The notes under the pieces are model-generated. The model had not been told where the DNA came from and ran no database searches. It was given only the letters and a program-made list of their open reading frames with translations. DNA of 55,907 bases, filler included, from Catajapyx aquilonaris (taxonomy: Eukaryota), in NCBI GenBank assembly GCA_000934665.2. It is 2 parts of 2 records of this genome, joined end to end, with 100 filler letters (N's around TTAATTAATTAA, not from the genome) between each part and the next. Parts side by side here need not be neighbours in the genome. Positions count along the whole stretch, not along the records: positions 28,017 to 55,907 come from JYFJ02004983.1; 1 more part is not named here. One strand, written 5' to 3'. The translations under genes were made by a program, and so were the position numbers. Positions 50,350 through 55,907 of the stretch are shown here, piece by piece. The number at the start of each line of letters is the position of its first letter. Positions within the stretch are counted from its first letter, which is position 1.

Positions 50350-51850
50350 AGTACCCCTTTGGGAGCAGCAGGTCTCCACTCACGGGAATCACGGCCCCCA
50401 CATTGAAAACTTACATCCAGTCGGATAAATCTTGAACCTACTGCATTGTTACCTCCATAGGCTTGGGGCAACAAAATACCGCTTTTTTAATGGAAAAGGT
50501 ACAATGTCATTTCTGCAGAGACGTTACGGATATGGGGCCCCCCTGCCCAGCCAACCTTTATTTCCTGCCTGTGCCATCCTATCTTGATCTACATCATGCA
50601 GCAAAATTTGACTTTTCCCTCCCAACCTTAGCCAACTTACTCCTGGCTTACATACAAAGTTCCGGTATGATCAATGTCCCTGCTCGTACTCGTCTTTACT
50701 CTGTCTGTCGAAACTGTAGCACCACAAAACTGATTCCCGACTGACCCTCGTACCTAACCACCTTATAAAAGGTGTTAGCCAGGATTAACATCGATTCACC
50801 TGAATGAGACCTCATTATCATTTTCTGCGAAAGTTACCGTATACTGTATACATAGGTCCATCACATTGCTCCAGTGCTTATTTATGACAAATACTCTCAG
50901 CTGTATTATCATCATGTGTTAAAAACATACCATTCAACGCATAAATTACGTTCACAAAGAACATATCTTGTGGGCATACACTAGGTCCATTTCAGCAGTT
51001 TTAAGTTATTTACGTACACCACTAAGCATTTTTCTGCTCTAGCACCTGGTGAAGTCCATTTAGTTTTAAAGATTTTAAAGATTCATAATGAGGCAGCAAG
51101 CCAGGATTTTCTGTATTTGCTAACATGTAAACAAGGGCATGGTCAAATCTTACTTTAGATTTCTCTTGTGTATATCCACAATCTCTCAAACATTTTAAAA
51201 GTGCATCCTACAATCCCCAGCTCCAGGCCAGAGTAAGCATCACTCATGCAAGTGCTTCAGTAGACTAGTATAGGGGAACCCCTTTGCACACTTGTTGGCA
51301 GGATTTGCATAGGTCAGTGCCTCAATGCTTCCATAAGCACAATCTATTAGGATCAACATCATACACATTAGGAATGAAAGTTGAATGGTCCATGATTTCC
51401 ATGGTAGTCATAATCATGCTTGAATGAATAGGAAAATGCTACTCCCCAATATTTTCACATACTTGAAGCTAATATTGATTGTAGAATTCACTACAACTCT
51501 GTCGTCCCGATGAGAAATGGCGTATCTCCAAAACCAATGAGGGCTAAAGTTACGTGCAGGGCATGGATGCGACCTTTATTCAGTCCAATGTTTGAAATTG
51601 CATAAGAAATTACTAACTCATTTTTTGGAAAAAGTGCTACCAATTTCATCAAATACACACCATTCAAATCTCCCACATTCACCTAAGCTCATGTGACCTT
51701 NCCTCCGAAAATTTTTCTCCCTACACACCTGCTTTATTCATCCTTACCGCTTTTGGAAATAGGGCATTTCTCCTTGGGATGGCAGAACTAGTGCTTCTTT
51801 CCTTCTGAAAACATCTCTCAACTGCAGTGTAAACCTTCATTTCAATGCTA
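50350..51850 (-). mobile_element. Old non-LTR retrotransposon (RTE-like) relic
   Basis: Endonuclease-like fragments VGDLNG and KLVALFPKNELVIS (about 51600-51680) and a PREWR-like pre-RT fragment near 50380; many stops. Boundaries approximate. Confidence 0.45.
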
Positions 51851-52821
51851 ACAATGAATGGTAGGGCATGGACTCAGCTTACTTAGGGATAGTGAATACT
51901 TTTGGTGCAGGGATATAGTCACTAGGGTGTTTCAAGTGCAGGTTAATTAAATGAACTGACAGTATTTTTAATGTGATTCACACAATTATAAATACTTTCT
52001 TGTGTAAAATCAAACACACTGATCTGCATTGGTGCTCCCATAGATTCAGGGTGAAGTACCAATGCTACCATTACTATGTCTCCCTGGACCTCACTTCGCC
52101 TCACTTACTCCCAACTCATACTCCAAAGTTGTATGTCCAGCTCTGGGACCACCACGGAAATTAACCGACTCTTAAGTCTCGACTACTTTCAACTACGTTG
52201 GATTCATGAGTAAGATGTTGGAATATGCCTGCACAGTGAGGAAAAAGTCAGCTAGATAACTGATTTTGGTACTTGTACCCACCACTTATCCCACCCACAG
52301 ATGAATTAAGCAGCCGTGCAGAGGCTCCTGTCAATCAGGAGGGATCCCTGGGTCAAAAAGGATGGCAAGGTGAGTGGAGGTCAGGAAAGGAAAACCTGTT
52401 CGAGTAACTCATGAGCTATGGAAGCGCACACATTGTTGGGAGTCAGTGAGAGGTTCATGGATGGAAACATTGTGCATGAAAGAATACATGCTGGATGCTC
52501 GTGAACATGATGCAGCTTGATAATAATTGGGATAGGTCTTCAAGTACCTTTTAAACAGTTAAACTTCAATATTGACCACCTCACAACAAGTCACTTGATC
52601 AAATCAATTGCCTTCTTTCATAGCAATGCACCATCAACAGCAGAATGTTGATAGTTTGCTGACTTGGTATCTCTTAAGCAACTGACAAGACTTCACATGT
52701 GGAAAACTCAAAAGTCACACAGCGAAATACATAATGCACTTAAATCACACATGGTGGAAGAAAACTTGAGCACCATCACTTGGAACTTTTCGTGTAGAAC
52801 CAAACCTTAACAGGAGACATG

Positions 52822-53426
52822 TCAATAGCGAGCCTCTTGAATGTAACCTTGGAGTCTAGAGGGAAGGGGCAGCTTCTGGATGTTGTCCAGTCGTGTGTAC
52901 TGCCGGATGACAAACCGGCATAAGTACTGCAGGGACCGCACCTTGGTGAATCTTGACACAGGCTGTGTAAGTCGGACAGGAAAGGAGGGTGAACCCGGGG
53001 AGCTGGCTCTAGAGTAGCAGAAGACTCCAGCACGTGAAAAGTCTAGGGAATGCTGCACAAGTTCCCCAATGGTTGGAAAGCCTTCACGGTTGGGATGGGC
53101 ATAAAAGCTGAACAAACCATGAGCATGTTCAATGCGGGTGTGCAAGGTGTGACCATGGCTGCGAAAGCTGAGGCTCAGGAGATATCTGTCAGCAGAGGAA
53201 TCTCGCACTAGGAAGGAGCCATCAGGAAGCCCACACAGCTTCTCCTCTGCTTCATCCCGTGAGATGGGACCCCAGTACCAGCCATGACGTGACAGGGCTG
53301 ACAACTCTCGAGTGAGGCTGTGGGTTGGCTCAGATATTGGATCGGAGTATACTGGCCGCACTGACACATGCTCTTTGGGTGCTTCAGGTAGGGCCAGGCA
53401 CATTGTCCATGGTGGGTTTGCCATAC
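52822..53426 (-). CDS. SOCS6: SOCS6-like suppressor of cytokine signalling, terminal exon (SH2 + SOCS box); upstream exons not identified
   Basis: GWYWGPISRDEAEEKL...DGSFLVRDSSADRYLLSLSFRSHGHTLHTRIEH (SH2) and VRSLQYLCRFVIRQYTRLDNIQKLPLP (SOCS box), closely matching SOCS6 as I recall it. Splice acceptor ttccag ends at 53427. Confidence 0.88.
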
Positions 53427-54553
53427 CTGGAAAGTGTTTAAATCCAGATTAAAGTCTGGAGTGCAAACTTTGCACCTGTACAAAAATTTTAAAATTCGAC
53501 CCCTGAGGTTGAGCAAAAGGTCTCATCAAGTAAATCTCAACTAATGTCTATTACTCTATTTCCTAAAAGCAGAGTTTGTGACTAATTGTTTTAAAGTGCT
53601 GATTCTAATAATTTCTTGTGCCATCAGCATCAACAAAGTCTAAAATATGAAATGACATGAACAAATTGGGACAACTTATCACTCTTGAGCTTCAACAGCA
53701 ACTACTGAAATGAAGTTCAATTCAACAAAAAATTGGATACAAATTAAATTTAATTGACTTGGAAGTAAAACATCAATGGGATTAACAGGAAATGAATATA
53801 AAGTTAATATAACTTGAACAAATCGGAAGGTAATGTAAATTGACACAAATGGAATGATTTTGAAATTAATGCATTATAACAAATTAGGGGTGAATGGAAG
53901 AAAATGTGATTTGAAAACAATAGGTAATGAATAGAAGCAAGAGAAGTGAATGGCACTGACATATTGAACGAAATGAGAATGGAAAAGCAGACAAGTGCCT
54001 ATTGATTGGAGTATAACTGGATCAGATGCACGTGCTCAACAAATTGAAATGATTAATTCATTTCAGTGAATTAGGCCTGTCAAACTTGAGTTATTGAGCT
54101 GGCCCCACACAATCTCTTTCTCTCTCTCCCTGGGACTTTAATCAGTACACTATGATCCCAGCATGTAATGTCAGTCAAGATGCACATATGATAAAGCCAG
54201 GTACAATTAGCATGGAAATGGTCCAGACACTTGCGGGTAGGCTGACCATTGACAAGTGTCCAGACCTTTTCCGTGCCGATAGCACTTGACACAAAGAAAG
54301 ATAGTGATACTTAATAAATTACAATCGCCACAACTTGACTGACTAAATTATTTTTCCAGGATGACATTTTTTGTTAGAACCATGTGCTTTTTGTTTAACC
54401 GCTTTGGTACCAGATCTAGGCGATGAGATTCGTTTCTGTTCAAGTTGCAAGTACTCTGAAGATACGGACAAGATATTTTACAAATAACAACGGCTATACT
54501 TACACGTTCATGCTGTACTCTATGAATATGCTTGGAACCATTTTCCACTTCTA

Positions 54554-55462
54554 CGAGGGGTGTTCAAGTCATTCCCGGACTTTATTTTTTAACAAATCAT
54601 ACACAAGTGACACAGGTGTCAAACTTATACCACACCTCCCTTCAACTGTCTTGTATGTTCAGTCAAGGGCCAGTCTCCGTAAACAGTCATGTGAGAGAGA
54701 AAAAAAAGATGGCGTCGGATGGTGTCAGCGCAGTAATGGGACAGCGCGTTATCATTAAGTTTCTGGTAGCGGAAGGCATCAAAACATCGGACATTGTCAC
54801 CAGACTAAGGAGACAGTATGGGGAGGATACCTTGAGCAGATCGGTGGTGTACGAGTGGGCTGCACGATACAAAGGTGGCCGCAAAAATGTGCTCGATGAT
54901 CCGGGACATGGTGGGTCGGCGCCGATGTGGTGACGCCAGCGAACATCAAGCATGTGGAGGGTTGAGTGCTCAGTAACCGTCGCGTTAACTGTTTGTGGGC
55001 TTGCGCAGATGACAGGAATCAGTTGTGGCAGTGTTGAGACTATTCTGCATGAACACCTTCACGTCTCTGAGGTGTCTGCAAGGCATTTTTCTACTGCACG
55101 ACAATGCCCGCCCCCACACAGCCCATATTACCATGGACAAAATTCGCACACTCAGTTGGACCACTATTCCTCACCTGCCATACAGCCCCGACCTTGCCCC
55201 CAGCGATTTCCACCTTTTTGGGCCTTTAAAAGAGCATTTGTCATCGAGACGAATGAGACAGTGCAAGAAGCTGTCCTGGCGTGGCTGAGGAGGGGGGAAC
55301 TCTCATTCTTTGCTGCTGGGATAAAAACACTTATACATCGGTGGGGAAAATGTTGTGCTGTTGTAGGGGACTATGTCGAGTAATGACCAAAGTTTGACAC
55401 CTGTGTCACTTGTGTGTGATTTGTTAAAAAATAAAGTCCGGGAATGACTTGAACACCCCTCG
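54554..55462 (+). mobile_element. Mariner (D34D) DNA transposon, internally deleted and non-autonomous, 909 bp
   Basis: TA TSDs at 54552-54553 and 55463-55464. 73-bp TIRs (54554-54626 / 55390-55462) with one mismatch. Transposase remnants inside. Confidence 0.96.
54709..55383 (+). pseudogene. Mariner transposase pseudogene (frameshifted, central deletion)
   Basis: N-terminal HTH region QRVIIKFLVAEG...LSRSVVYEW; HDNARPH...YSPDLAPSD with 34 residues between the aspartates; C-terminal GIKTLIHRWGKC...GDYVE. Split over several frames; the WVPxxL motif and first catalytic D are missing. Confidence 0.92.
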
Positions 55463-55907
55463 TATTAATCGCAAAATGAATTTCCAAAAAAATCGCCATA
55501 AAAACTTCTAATTAAATTACTACAGGCCAACTGTTAGGCTGATTTAATTATAAAATACGTTAAAATATACGGGTCAACAACCTTGAGAATCATGCTATGA
55601 CGAATCTGCTGAAATCGTCGTACTTCATGAGAATTAAATTAACGCTTACTGCGGCTTGCCTCTCACTTCGGAAAACTCCAAAATTGATTTAATTCTCGCA
55701 AGTATGACAGTTTCAGGAGATTAGTCAGCATGATTCTCAAGGTAGTTATTCCATATATTTTAACATAAGGTAAAGTGGGGGAAGTGCACAATCGGGGGAA
55801 GTGCATCTCTGGTTGCTAGCTGGGGATGTGTGAAAGGTATTGCTGCGCCATATGTCGTCCTACTAGTGAATACTATGGTCTTGTAATCTGGCACAAGAGG
55901 GCAGGTT

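Noticed and set aside
1..55907. CRISPR arrays, rRNA, operon-like prokaryotic systems
   Set aside because: No repeat-spacer periodicity or rRNA motifs were seen; the genes are spliceosomal and eukaryotic.

Overview
Eukaryotic (metazoan, probably invertebrate) genomic DNA with short GT-AG introns (57-106 bp), microsatellites and several N gaps; one gap carries a TTAATTAATTAA assembly linker. Four protein-coding genes are supportable, all in the right half: (1) a 2-exon NAD(P)-binding epimerase/SDR-like gene with a signal peptide and a C-terminal TGEL (30088-31317, -); (2) a 3-exon Myb/SANT-like (trihelix) transcription factor (40473-46659, -); (3) COQ9, head-to-head with it (conserved exons 47700-49077, +; first exon unresolved); (4) the terminal SH2+SOCS-box exon of a SOCS6-like gene (52822-53426, -). 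The rest is dense with small mobile elements: an internally deleted D34D mariner with 73-bp TIRs, many TA-TSD and 8-bp-TSD MITEs, tRNA-derived SINEs with interchangeable modules, and hAT, mariner and LINE relics. The most unusual structures are a 633-bp three-stem nested palindrome (21013-21645) and a V-type SINE whose head and left TSD are flipped by a local inversion (32127-32711). No protein-coding gene could be supported in 1-27000, and I found no evidence for a novel multi-gene system. All calls are by eye; no searches were run.
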